Assembly (NCBI GenBank): GCA_016839745.1
Contig: JAEOTS010000122.1
Span: forward strand, 7,572 to 71,571
Direction of reading: 5' to 3'
DNA: 64,000 nt
Source: Promethearchaeota archaeon
Lineage (GTDB): Archaea > Asgardarchaeota > Lokiarchaeia > Sigyniarchaeales > SOKP01
Shown here piece after piece: positions 10,218-19,927 of this stretch. A program made the translations under genes and the position numbers. Position 1 is the first letter of the stretch; each line of letters opens with the position of its first letter. A model generated the notes under the pieces. It was not told the origin of the DNA. It worked only from the letters and a program-made list of their open reading frames with translations, and searched no databases.

Positions 10218-10432
10218 TTTATGTTTTCTCTTTTTTTTATTTATTTTTTTTATAAATTTGATTCTTTGGTGATTTTTTCCTAATGCTTAATTATGTCATC
10301 TCAATATTTAAGTTTTCTTTTGAAATTACATCAGATTAGATATTTTACCCCTTAAATGCTAAATATAAAGAGTTTGATATTTTTAATATCAATTTTGCTC
10401 GAATTTATCATAATTATAATCTGAAACAAAAA

Positions 10433-12328
10433 TCATTTTGAAATATCAAGTGTAAATAAGACTTCTCCATACTCTACAGATTTTGACTTCATAGGATATC
10501 CACTGTTATTAAGAATATAGAGCATGGGTTTGTTTTCAAGAAGAATTGATCCGGTAAAATATTTGTAATTAAGTTCTCTAGCTATTGTAATTAAGTAATC
10601 AAGTAGAAATTTAGCTATTCCCGTTTTGCGAAAATTTTTCTTAACAACTATGCCTAATTCAACAGTTGATGGTTGATGTGTTTTAAAAAATGCTGCTGAA
10701 GCAACTATTTTCTGTTCACCTTCTTCAAGAGATTCTCCTACCAAAATCATGTCAGTTTGATAATCTATGTTAACTAAGGGTTGTACAAACTTATGAGGAA
10801 ATTTGCGATCATGTGAGAAGAATCTCAAATATCTATCATCTTCATCTAATGAGTAATAAAGTCCTTGCAGTAATCGTTCATCAGTAGCTTTGATAGGTCT
10901 AATTTTAAGCATTTTGCCATTTTTCATTTGATAATTCGTCTCATATTTATCAGGGTATAAGCTGACCCTACCATTTATAGAAAGTGGTAATTTCTGATCT
11001 GAATAAACATAATTTATTTTTTTCGCATATTCTAAAAGTTCTTCTCTAAAATCCGGATGAGCAATATTTATCATTTGTAATACTCTTTCACGTATACTTT
11101 TTCCAAAAAGATAAGCAATTCCCCATTCAGTAACAACATAATGAATATCACCCCTTGTTATAACTACTCCCGAGCCTGGTTGAAGATACGGAACAATTCT
11201 CGAAACAGTTGTACCATCTTTAAGTGTTGCAGTGCTAGGGAGGACTGCTATAGGTTTTCCGTCTTCAGAGCGATTGGCACCTCTGACAAAATCTACTTGC
11301 CCACCTATACCACTATAAAATAATGATCCAAGCGAGTCAGCATTAATCTGTCCCGTTAAATCAATTGTAAGCGCCGCGTTAATAGCCACTTGCTTTTTGT
11401 TTCTGCTAATTATATAAGGATCGTTGCAATAATTACAGGGATGAAATTCGACAAAGGGATTGTTATCTACAAAGTTATAAAGCCTTCTGGAGCCCATGAC
11501 AAAAGAACAAATTATTTTACCTTTATGAAGTGTTTTTTTTTTACATGTTATTACTCCCTTTTCTACGAGATCAACAATTCCATCCGAGAAAACTTCACTA
11601 TGCACTCCTAAATCTTTTTTATCTTCTAATTCGACTGATAATGCATTAGGAATATTCCCAATTCCCATTTGAATCGTAGATTCGTCTTCAATAAGGGATG
11701 CGACATATTTTGCAATCTTTTTAATGGATTCATCTGGGGGATCGTAAGTAAACTCAATAATATCGTGATCTGATATAATATAAGCATCTATATCATTCAT
11801 GTGAATGAATGAATTACCCAGTGTGCGCGGCATCTTAGGATTAACTTCCGCAACCACATATTCAGCTGCCTCTGCTATAGGTTTAGCTATATCAACGTTA
11901 ATACCATAACTACAAAATCCAAAATCATCGGGAGGACTTACCTGAATTAATGCTGTCTTTAAGTGCATTTGTCCCCGTTCAAAAAATTTTGGGATGTCTG
12001 AAAGTAGCATTGGAGTGTAATCTGCTAAACCCCCTTTCACAGCGCCTCGAAGATTTTCACTAATAAAAAAAACATTGTGCCGAAATAAATCTTCTTTACC
12101 TCCAGCTGATTTATAATAATCCAGATCGGAAAGACTTATAAAATGTATCATCTCTACGTCAGTAAGCTGAGGACCGAGTTCAATAAGTTTTGAAGTGAGT
12201 TCGATTGGTTCAGCACAACCTGAATCAATAAAAACTCGGTCGCCAGGTTTGATATATCTCTTGATTGCATCTTCTATATTTACATGTTTCTGTTTATATT
12301 TTTTAATATTACTCAAATCATTTGTCAT
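10433..12328 (-). CDS. acetyl-CoA hydrolase/4-hydroxybutyrate CoA-transferase family fused to a C-terminal GNAT domain
   Basis: QVSPPD, EVNPKMPRT, QMGIG, HSEVFSDG, SGIGGQVDF, YVVTEWGIA, then LKIRPIK..DE...RYLRFF and FRKTGIAK (Pat-like GNAT). Confidence 0.9.
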   Translation of the reverse strand: MTNDLSNIKKYKQKHVNIEDAIKRYIKPGDRVFIDSGCAEPIELTSKLIELGPQLTDVEMIHFISLSDLDYYKSAGGKEDLFRHNVFFISENLRGAVKGGLADYTPMLLSDIPKFFERGQMHLKTALIQVSPPDDFGFCSYGINVDIAKPIAEAAEYVVAEVNPKMPRTLGNSFIHMNDIDAYIISDHDIIEFTYDPPDESIKKIAKYVASLIEDESTIQMGIGNIPNALSVELEDKKDLGVHSEVFSDGIVDLVEKGVITCKKKTLHKGKIICSFVMGSRRLYNFVDNNPFVEFHPCNYCNDPYIISRNKKQVAINAALTIDLTGQINADSLGSLFYSGIGGQVDFVRGANRSEDGKPIAVLPSTATLKDGTTVSRIVPYLQPGSGVVITRGDIHYVVTEWGIAYLFGKSIRERVLQMINIAHPDFREELLEYAKKINYVYSDQKLPLSINGRVSLYPDKYETNYQMKNGKMLKIRPIKATDERLLQGLYYSLDEDDRYLRFFSHDRKFPHKFVQPLVNIDYQTDMILVGESLEEGEQKIVASAAFFKTHQPSTVELGIVVKKNFRKTGIAKFLLDYLITIARELNYKYFTGSILLENKPMLYILNNSGYPMKSKSVEYGEVLFTLDISK

Positions 12329-12360
12329 TGCTTCGACCCATTATTAATAATATTAATAAT

Positions 12361-13116
12361 TTAATTTACATTCATCATTTCTTTTACTCTCTCAACGATA
12401 GGAGGAATTATTTCTCCAATCGCTTCAAAGAACCTCAAGTCAGCTTCATCATCGTACGGAGTTTCACCCTGATTTAAAATGATTAATTTTGCACCATTTC
12501 TCCAAGCATACCCCGGCATATTTGCCGCAGGAGTCACAACGAGAGAAGAACCAATTACAAAAAAAACATCAGAACTTTGAGATCGTCTTATAGATTCTTC
12601 AAGTTCGTCTATCGGTAAAGGATCGCCAAAATTAACAATACTTGAGATAAGTCTTCCTTCACAATTTGGACAATTTGGTTGGTTTTTGCGAATTCTACCA
12701 GTTCTGTATCCCTGTCCCAATTTCTTTTTATCCCATCCTGCTTCCTCAAATGTTAGTTTCTTTCCACAAGCTAAACACTTCATGAAATACATGTTGCCAT
12801 GTAGTTCAGCTAATTTTTCAAATGGAATTCCCGATTTTGCGTGAAGTCCATCCACATTCTGAGATATGAGGTAATCTAATTTACCCAATTTTAATAATTC
12901 TACAATTTCATAATGACCTTGATTTGGTTTAACTTGATCCCATGGAGGTGATTTTGGGGGTGGCAATCCAGCATCACGCCTTGTCCACACACCATCAGGA
13001 CCTCTGAAGTCTGGTAATCCACTCTCTGTCGAAATTCCCGCACCTGTGAATATAACAAGGCGATTAGACTCGAAAATCCATTTTGCTGCTAATTCAATTT
13101 TATCTTCCAATTCCAT
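12361..13116 (-). CDS. NAD-dependent deacylase, sirtuin family (class IV / SIRT6-like)
   Basis: [32 protein letters not shown]/CPNC zinc ligands, GSSL, LNQGET. Confidence 0.93.
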   Translation of the reverse strand: [251 protein letters not shown]

Positions 13117-13330
13117 ATAAATAAGATGAATTTCTGAAAATAAAAATGTATTTTATTTGATTTCTATTATTCGCTTTACGGTAATGAGTCGATATTTTGA
13201 CACTATTATCTAAATTAAGCACTTACTTTATAAAGGTCTATTCTAAATCTTTTATAGAGTATAAAATTTTCACAAATCTTTATACTCTTGTTGGTTGAAG
13301 TATTTATAGGATTAAATAAGTTGGATTTAT

Positions 13331-13723
13331 ATGACATATGCACTAAACTTCAATAGGGAAGAACTTTTGAGCATACAAATTGATTATGCCAAAATTAATT
13401 TTAAGCCCGAGCAGTTGTCTTTAATAAAAACTATATCAAAACTCATTTGTGAGCAAATTTCAATCCCGCATTTGGCAATGAGAAGCACAGCATGGTTCGC
13501 TCTAATCGAATGGTAAAAAAGGGAGAACAAATTGATTTCAGAAATCCCAACTATGAGTATGGCAAATAAATTAAAAGCTACTAAGGAAATTTTTAATATT
13601 GGAAAGGAAAGATTAAAAAACATACTCAATTATCCAAAAGAGCAGAGTGAAATTTTGTTGGATATTTGTTTTGAAAGAGCATTTAAGTGCTATTTAGAGC
13701 ATCTCAATAGAATTCGGAGATAA
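13331..13723 (+). pseudogene. hypothetical gene interrupted by an in-frame TAA (13514-13516), or two small ORFs
   Basis: ORFs 13331..13516 and 13532..13723 are in the same frame, separated only by TAA plus five sense codons (KRENK). Confidence 0.55.
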
Positions 13724-13729
13724 ATGAAA

Positions 13730-14479
13730 TTATTTATTTAAGTAAGTAATTCTTTTAAATTCTAAAGACGCTATTAGAGCTTCAAGATTTTCTCCTAATT
13801 TGTAAAATTCTATCATTTTTTGTGGACTTTCAATATCATTCAAACTTGAAATGTGGTGAGAATCACAACCAATTGATACTTTAATATATTTCTCTTTCAA
13901 TTTGTTAAAGAAGATATCATATTTCGGAGAGTAAAATTGTGGATAACTTGAATTGAACTCCACGATAACATCGTATTCTTTTAGGAATTCTAATAATACA
14001 TCCAAACCCCTAGTAATAAAAAATGAAGGATCGAAATGAGCAAGTCCTATTAGAGGAAAATCACTATTATATTTCTTCTTCCAAAAATTTAGAATCTTCT
14101 TAACGAAAGCTATTCCTTCAAAACTTTCGAGGTATTCGAATAAAATAAAATCATACTTGTTTGGAACTATATTGTTAATTATAAACTTCTCAGAACTACT
14201 TAAATCTATCTCTATTCCCTTAAAAAGGGTCAATTTTTTATTTTCATTAACAAGAAAATCTTTACACCTTGATAAATCTTCTAAATATCTCTTAATTTTA
14301 TCAATATTGTTAAGATTAGGGATATGATCGGCTTTCCATGAATCTGTAAAATGATCTGTAATGCAAATATAATCTAAATCCTTTTTCAGCGCACTATTTA
14401 CAATTTCCTCTATGGAATTTCTTCCATCTGAATATTTTGAGTGGATATGTAAATTTAATTTAGGAGATTCTATTTTCAT
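13730..14479 (-). CDS. PHP domain phosphoesterase
   Basis: NLHIHSKYSDG, ITDH, GIEID, AH and GCDSH motifs. Confidence 0.9.
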   Translation of the reverse strand: MKIESPKLNLHIHSKYSDGRNSIEEIVNSALKKDLDYICITDHFTDSWKADHIPNLNNIDKIKRYLEDLSRCKDFLVNENKKLTLFKGIEIDLSSSEKFIINNIVPNKYDFILFEYLESFEGIAFVKKILNFWKKKYNSDFPLIGLAHFDPSFFITRGLDVLLEFLKEYDVIVEFNSSYPQFYSPKYDIFFNKLKEKYIKVSIGCDSHHISSLNDIESPQKMIEFYKLGENLEALIASLEFKRITYLNK

Positions 14480-14525
14480 AACTCTATCTTTTAAAATTTT
14501 TAAAAGATATTATATTTTAAGCTAA

Positions 14526-16397
14526 CTAAATCCCTAGTGATTTTATTTCTTTATTGCGAAACCAAGATAAAATTCCGAAAATGAAGAGAATTATTCCAAA
14601 AATAAAAAGTACTGAAGTAAAAAGAGTTGTCCCTGCGAAACCTGGGATGTTCGTAATAGATGTACCGATATTAATAAATATATCCTGTATCGAGACGAAA
14701 TTATTTACGAACATAAACACTATACTAAAAATAACAACTCCCGAGATAAATAGCAAAACATCTATTATCAGATTTATAGTATGGATTAATTTAGATTTTT
14801 TTTTTCCTAAATCAATGATCTGAGCATTCCCGATATTAATTGCGACCCTCTCTTTATCAACAAACTTAACAAAATAATACGCTAACTCTCTCAGAGGCAA
14901 TAAATCGAGAATAACTGTTATAACTGTAAACACACACACTATAATTAAAACTCGATTTATTATTACTAAATCAGGGTTAACATCTGAAAAATTATTTATC
15001 GCCCATATAAAGAGCCCTATTATAATAGAAAAGAAGAATTTAATACCGGTTAGTGTCAAATTTATTGAGGGTTTATCAGTTATGGCTAACAAGTGATAGG
15101 TAAAGCCAATTACTAATATTATCAGTCCTAAAACTAAAGCTGGGATTGAAATTATAATACCTAGTATCACAGCAAAAACTAAAAAACAAATAAAAATAAA
15201 AATTGGTAAAAAAGGAAAGAAAGGCGCCTTAAACGGGCGATCTAACTCCTTTCTCTTTCGTCTTAATTTTACAGCAGCGTAATTTACAAAAGCAAGAGCA
15301 AAAAAGTATATGAAATTAGTAATTTCAGCTGTTAATCCAATTCCCGCAAAAATTGTGAATAGTAGAACTAAAATAACAGAAATAATTAAACCCAAAACAG
15401 GTAGATCTGATTTTGTTTTAGTCTCTCTAATTTTTTCATGAACAAATCGATCTCTTGCTAAAGCAGTAATTACAGCTACTGCTGAACCCAATGCTGCATT
15501 TATAGCGATTAACGTTGAAATAATAGCAGCAAAAACCATAAAATAGAAACCAAATGTTCCAATAACGCTTTCAAATACATCAGCTAATAATACGGGATTA
15601 TCACTTAAATCAGCGGGATTTCCTCCTATAACTAATAAAACTACAAAAGTAATTGATAAATATATAACTAATGTTATAATTATCGCATATATAATTGTTT
15701 TAGGGATGTTCTTTGAAGGGTTTTTTAATTCGGGGTTTAAATAAGCTATGTTTGAAGTTATTGAGGTAAAAAAAATAAATAATAATAAAAAGCCCGGAAT
15801 AACCCCCTCAAATTTAATTGGAGGAAGAAAAAAATTAGGATTTGTGAATGGTGAGATTAATAATCCAGAAATAATAAAGAACGCAAATAAGCAAATTAAT
15901 ATGAAGGTTAGCAATAATAACGCTTTGATAGCAATTTTTTGCGTCCTGAAAATTATAATGCTTGTAAAAAGTACAGGCAAGATAGATATAATTGTTACTA
16001 TTATATCTGAAATTGGAAGGTTAAATTTAGTAAAAACTTCATTAAACACAGATGCAAATATTTGTGCCGAAAATGAACATGTTGCGATATTTGCTATCCA
16101 TAAAAAGAAACCAATTATAAAAGCTAAGAATCCACCAAGACCCTCTTTGCTAAAATTATAAGCACCTCCAGCAATTGGAAGACTTGTAGAGAGTTCAGCA
16201 TAATTTAATCCCGTAAAAAAAATTAATATCCCCCCTAAAAGGAGACTTAATAATAAACCCGATCCGGCATATTCAATACCTAATCCTAACAATATGAATA
16301 TGGAACCACCTATTCCACATCCTATACCATATATTATCCCTTGAGATAACTTCAGTGTCCTTTCTTGTACAACTTCTTTGGGTTTTATCTCATTCAA
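14526..16397 (-). CDS. APC family amino acid permease with extra C-terminal TM segments
   Basis: GIGGSIF, YAELSTSLPIAGGAY, ELKNPSKNIP, ALARD, RPFKAP motifs; many TM helices. Confidence 0.85.
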   Translation of the reverse strand: MNEIKPKEVVQERTLKLSQGIIYGIGCGIGGSIFILLGLGIEYAGSGLLLSLLLGGILIFFTGLNYAELSTSLPIAGGAYNFSKEGLGGFLAFIIGFFLWIANIATCSFSAQIFASVFNEVFTKFNLPISDIIVTIISILPVLFTSIIIFRTQKIAIKALLLLTFILICLFAFFIISGLLISPFTNPNFFLPPIKFEGVIPGFLLLFIFFTSITSNIAYLNPELKNPSKNIPKTIIYAIIITLVIYLSITFVVLLVIGGNPADLSDNPVLLADVFESVIGTFGFYFMVFAAIISTLIAINAALGSAVAVITALARDRFVHEKIRETKTKSDLPVLGLIISVILVLLFTIFAGIGLTAEITNFIYFFALAFVNYAAVKLRRKRKELDRPFKAPFFPFLPIFIFICFLVFAVILGIIISIPALVLGLIILVIGFTYHLLAITDKPSINLTLTGIKFFFSIIIGLFIWAINNFSDVNPDLVIINRVLIIVCVFTVITVILDLLPLRELAYYFVKFVDKERVAINIGNAQIIDLGKKKSKLIHTINLIIDVLLFISGVVIFSIVFMFVNNFVSIQDIFINIGTSITNIPGFAGTTLFTSVLFIFGIILFIFGILSWFRNKEIKSLGI

Positions 16398-16459
16398 GTT
16401 TAATCGTTCTGTATTGTACTTTTCTTGTTAGGATATCTTAAGATCAAAACTATACTCAT

Positions 16460-17911
16460 TTAAGATTTTTCAAGATGAAAAACTCCACTAGCGACTGAAA
16501 AAACTCCCGCAATTATTAGGATAAGAAAAAGTAAGATTTCCATTTCGCTAAAATTTATAACTCCGGCGAAACCGAGTAGTACCAATATTATTATTAGTAT
16601 TCCGACACCAATAAGAATACCGCCGAAAAATTTTGATAATCTATAAACTAACGAGAGGAATTCTAATCTGTGAATTCTACTCTCTTTATCTCGAATTTCT
16701 TCCTCTTGAGTTTCAAGTTCTAACTTTAGTTTTTGAAGGAGAGTTTTAGCGTCGTTGGTACTTTGATCAATAACTTCTTTAGATTTTACAAGTTTTTCAT
16801 GTTCGGCATTCATATAATCTAGTTTCTCTGTAATAGAGTTTAATCGTTCTTCTCTTTCAGCATATTCAAGATTGGTGGTTTCAATATCTTTTTTGATATC
16901 TTCTAATCTAGTTTCGTTTGCTTTGATTAGACTTTCTTGACTCGATATTTGTTCAACAATAGATTTAGTAGCTTCGTTATGTTGTTGTATTTGTGATTCG
17001 ACTTCGATCAAATGTTCTTGCTTTTCTGTGAGTTGGATTTTATATTTTGCAATAAGTTCTTCGTATGTTTCTCTTTGTTTTTCCATTTCTGGAAAACCGT
17101 CTTTGTAATCCTCTATATTCTGTTCAATAATTTTAATCCGAGTCTCATTTTTCTCAATTTGCTCAGTTAATAGCTTCTTTTCTTCCTCTTTCGCTTCTAT
17201 TTCTTTGTTAGTATGTTCTAATTCGAATTTATTTTTACCTATTGAAACTTTAAGTGTTTCGTTTTCAGCTGTTTGACTTTTTATCTTTTTTTCTAAAGCC
17301 TCGGCAGTTTCTCTTTGTTTTTCAAGTAAGTTCTCTTTTTCTTGTATTTCTTGATTCAATTTTGTAATACTATTACGGAGTTCCTCTTGATTAGTTACTT
17401 TCTCTTTTACACTATCAGTAAGAACAATTAAATCTACTTGTCTCGTTTCAAAAGTATGTACTAACTGTTCATTATTTTTTAGTAATTCCTTATATTCAAC
17501 TTCTAAATTTTCTTTGCTCTCCTTAATTATTTCAAATCGTTCTTCTAAATTTTGCATATCTTCATTTTTATGATTATATCTTTCCTCAAGCGCCTTAATG
17601 GTTTCTTCAACAGCAGTTAAATATTCCTCTTTATCTTCAACTTTACTTTGAAATAATTCTAACTTTTCTTGAGCTTCTCGGATTTCTTCACTAATCTTAT
17701 CACTTCTTCTTTCTTTTTTGTCCGGTTCTGTGTCACCATCTTTAATTGTACCAGAAATATCTTCAATACTATTTTCAAAAGTTCTAAGTTTCTTGTCAAT
17801 CAAATCTCTTGAATTTTTAGCTTTTGATAAGTATTCTTTATCAACTTTTTCAACATCTTTTTCTGATTTATCCTCTGTTTTTTCCGGTTCCTCTTTGATC
17901 TCGTCAGTCAT
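16460..17911 (-). CDS. long coiled-coil protein with C-terminal two-helix membrane anchor
   Basis: About 400 aa of E/K/Q/L-rich heptad-like sequence followed by two hydrophobic segments. Confidence 0.8.
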   Translation of the reverse strand: MTDEIKEEPEKTEDKSEKDVEKVDKEYLSKAKNSRDLIDKKLRTFENSIEDISGTIKDGDTEPDKKERRSDKISEEIREAQEKLELFQSKVEDKEEYLTAVEETIKALEERYNHKNEDMQNLEERFEIIKESKENLEVEYKELLKNNEQLVHTFETRQVDLIVLTDSVKEKVTNQEELRNSITKLNQEIQEKENLLEKQRETAEALEKKIKSQTAENETLKVSIGKNKFELEHTNKEIEAKEEEKKLLTEQIEKNETRIKIIEQNIEDYKDGFPEMEKQRETYEELIAKYKIQLTEKQEHLIEVESQIQQHNEATKSIVEQISSQESLIKANETRLEDIKKDIETTNLEYAEREERLNSITEKLDYMNAEHEKLVKSKEVIDQSTNDAKTLLQKLKLELETQEEEIRDKESRIHRLEFLSLVYRLSKFFGGILIGVGILIIILVLLGFAGVINFSEMEILLFLILIIAGVFSVASGVFHLEKS

Positions 17912-18350
17912 AGTAAGATTTTTATTTTAGGAATTTTAGATTTGCATTTAATAAAAGGAGAATTTGGAATTTATAATTTAATATTTATTTAAATACAAAA
18001 AATATATTTTATCTTGCTTAACCATATGTTGACACAAATAAATATTCATTTTCTACATCAAACAAACTTCTTTATAAAATATACTCAACACAAATATTTA
18101 AACTTTTGACATGATTTTATTTAGGGGGTTTTTCGTTGCTAGATCAAGCAATAAATTTATATAAGAGTATCTATAGAAAGATAGAAAAAAAAGATTTTTC
18201 AACAGCTTAGATTACGGTATCAATAACCCCAACCGTTATAGTTCTTACAGAATAACATCAAAATTAAGAATCTAAGAATTTTCTTAATATATTAGTTCAT
18301 TCTATTCTGATCCTGACTAAATATTCTTGAAAATATTGGGATCGTATTGA

Positions 18351-19820
18351 TTAGCTTTCATTGATTAATCTAATCTTAATATTGATGAAAAAAGTTCTAG
18401 GCCCAAAAGTTACTAAAGCATAATAATTCTCACGGCTCCCAACTTCTAATTTTCTATCAACAATAGGTAAGATTAATTGACGGTTTCCATAAGTGCTTGC
18501 CAATTCATGATCATAATGGTTAAAATCGGCACGGTTTTCAAGTGCTGTTACTGTATGTAGAAATTGGGAACTGTCCTTAGAGGAAATTTCAGCAAACATA
18601 TAATGCAAATCAATATAATTTCCGTACTCATGTTCATTCATAATTAAGCTTACGGTTGTATGATATGACTTAACAAGTAATTCCCCATTTTTTAAATTCG
18701 GATTTGCTTCTAAGCTTAAGTTTAACACTTTCTCAATTACATTTGTAATATACAGTAATTGGGTTATAGCATAACTCCTCAACTTTACTTTATATGTTAA
18801 AGTTAATTCATTTTTATTTTCGACTCGACTAATTTCTTTAATTTCTTTCATAGAATTAAACATCGAAGGATCTTTACTAGGTGAGAAGTTTGTCGGATTT
18901 AATCTATTTAGGTTTCTATATCCCCAACTTCTTAAGATATTTTTTTGTGAGAATTTTAAAGTTTCCGTAGCTTCCAAAAATCCTCTTACCATTTGGGATA
19001 TTTCTAAAGTTGGAGTAGCACTTCCAATTATAATTCTGTGCCATGAATTTTGTAAAAATCCCTGTATTGAAAACATTTGAGAGAAAGCACTAGTAGGTGT
19101 CATACCCCCAAAAGTTCTCGGATCAATTTCGACCCACACATTATTGTAGAGTTTTAGAAGCTGATAGTATAAATTAAAATCTCCAGAGATATCTAAACCA
19201 CTCAAAATTGTAACGATATCGGAATGTTGTGATAAAAATGACTTAATTTTATCGTATGTAGTGTATTCCGTGTTGTTCTCTGGGAGATTAGTATTTCCTA
19301 TATCAATTTTAAGGAAATAACCCTTTTCCTTACAGTAATTAATTAAATCATTAAAGTTATTGTTGTCTGCATCAGTTATGTCTAGTTTTAAAAAAGAGGG
19401 ATAAACTACTACTCCAACGACTGGAATTTGATTTTGGATCGATTTTATGAAGGGTATGGCGCTATTGCTAAGATCAAAAGATAAAATTGCTTTAAACAAA
19501 TTAGGCTCCTTTTTTACAACTGTGATTACATCCTCATTAGTAATTCCGTAATCCCTATGCAAATCCATTGCCTGGATCAGTCCATGCTTGATATTTGAGA
19601 TAAAAAGCTCTATTTTTTCATCTTCTACACTAATTTTTCTACAATAAAAATAATTTTTCCCATCGTTATCTTGAAGCTTTAAAAGAGTTGCTAGAGCATT
19701 AGAAGGCTCAATATCGTTAAATATCGGCCAAATTAAGGAATCTATTTGACCGTAGATAAAAGCATTTGCGTAATTTGCTCCAAATATAGAACTCAAGTCT
19801 GGTTGATATAATCTTTCCAT
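18351..19820 (-). CDS. amidohydrolase-like (degenerate) domain fused to a C-terminal YjbQ/UPF0047-like domain
   Basis: The C-terminal ITNVIEK...NGELLVKSYHTTVSLIMNE...LILPIVDRKLEVG..FGPR matches the YjbQ pattern. The N-terminal region resembles amidohydrolase_2 (NVWVEI, RIIIGS, NILRSWGYRNL). Confidence 0.65.
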   Translation of the reverse strand: MERLYQPDLSSIFGANYANAFIYGQIDSLIWPIFNDIEPSNALATLLKLQDNDGKNYFYCRKISVEDEKIELFISNIKHGLIQAMDLHRDYGITNEDVITVVKKEPNLFKAILSFDLSNSAIPFIKSIQNQIPVVGVVVYPSFLKLDITDADNNNFNDLINYCKEKGYFLKIDIGNTNLPENNTEYTTYDKIKSFLSQHSDIVTILSGLDISGDFNLYYQLLKLYNNVWVEIDPRTFGGMTPTSAFSQMFSIQGFLQNSWHRIIIGSATPTLEISQMVRGFLEATETLKFSQKNILRSWGYRNLNRLNPTNFSPSKDPSMFNSMKEIKEISRVENKNELTLTYKVKLRSYAITQLLYITNVIEKVLNLSLEANPNLKNGELLVKSYHTTVSLIMNEHEYGNYIDLHYMFAEISSKDSSQFLHTVTALENRADFNHYDHELASTYGNRQLILPIVDRKLEVGSRENYYALVTFGPRTFFINIKIRLINES

Positions 19821-19927
19821 AGTAATTTCCTCTTTTTACAAATCGAACTTTAAATATTAAGCACTTTAAATAAAATATTTTAATGTAAGAAACCAAATAA
19901 TAATTATTAAGTTAATTCCTCTAATTT

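Noticed and set aside
16460-17911. Annotation as SMC/Rad50
   Set aside because: No Walker A/B, signature motif, hinge or zinc hook; it has a C-terminal membrane anchor.
18136-18210. 24-aa TTG-initiated ORF after AGGGGG in a 440-bp spacer
   Set aside because: Too short, with no motif; indistinguishable from chance in AT-rich DNA.
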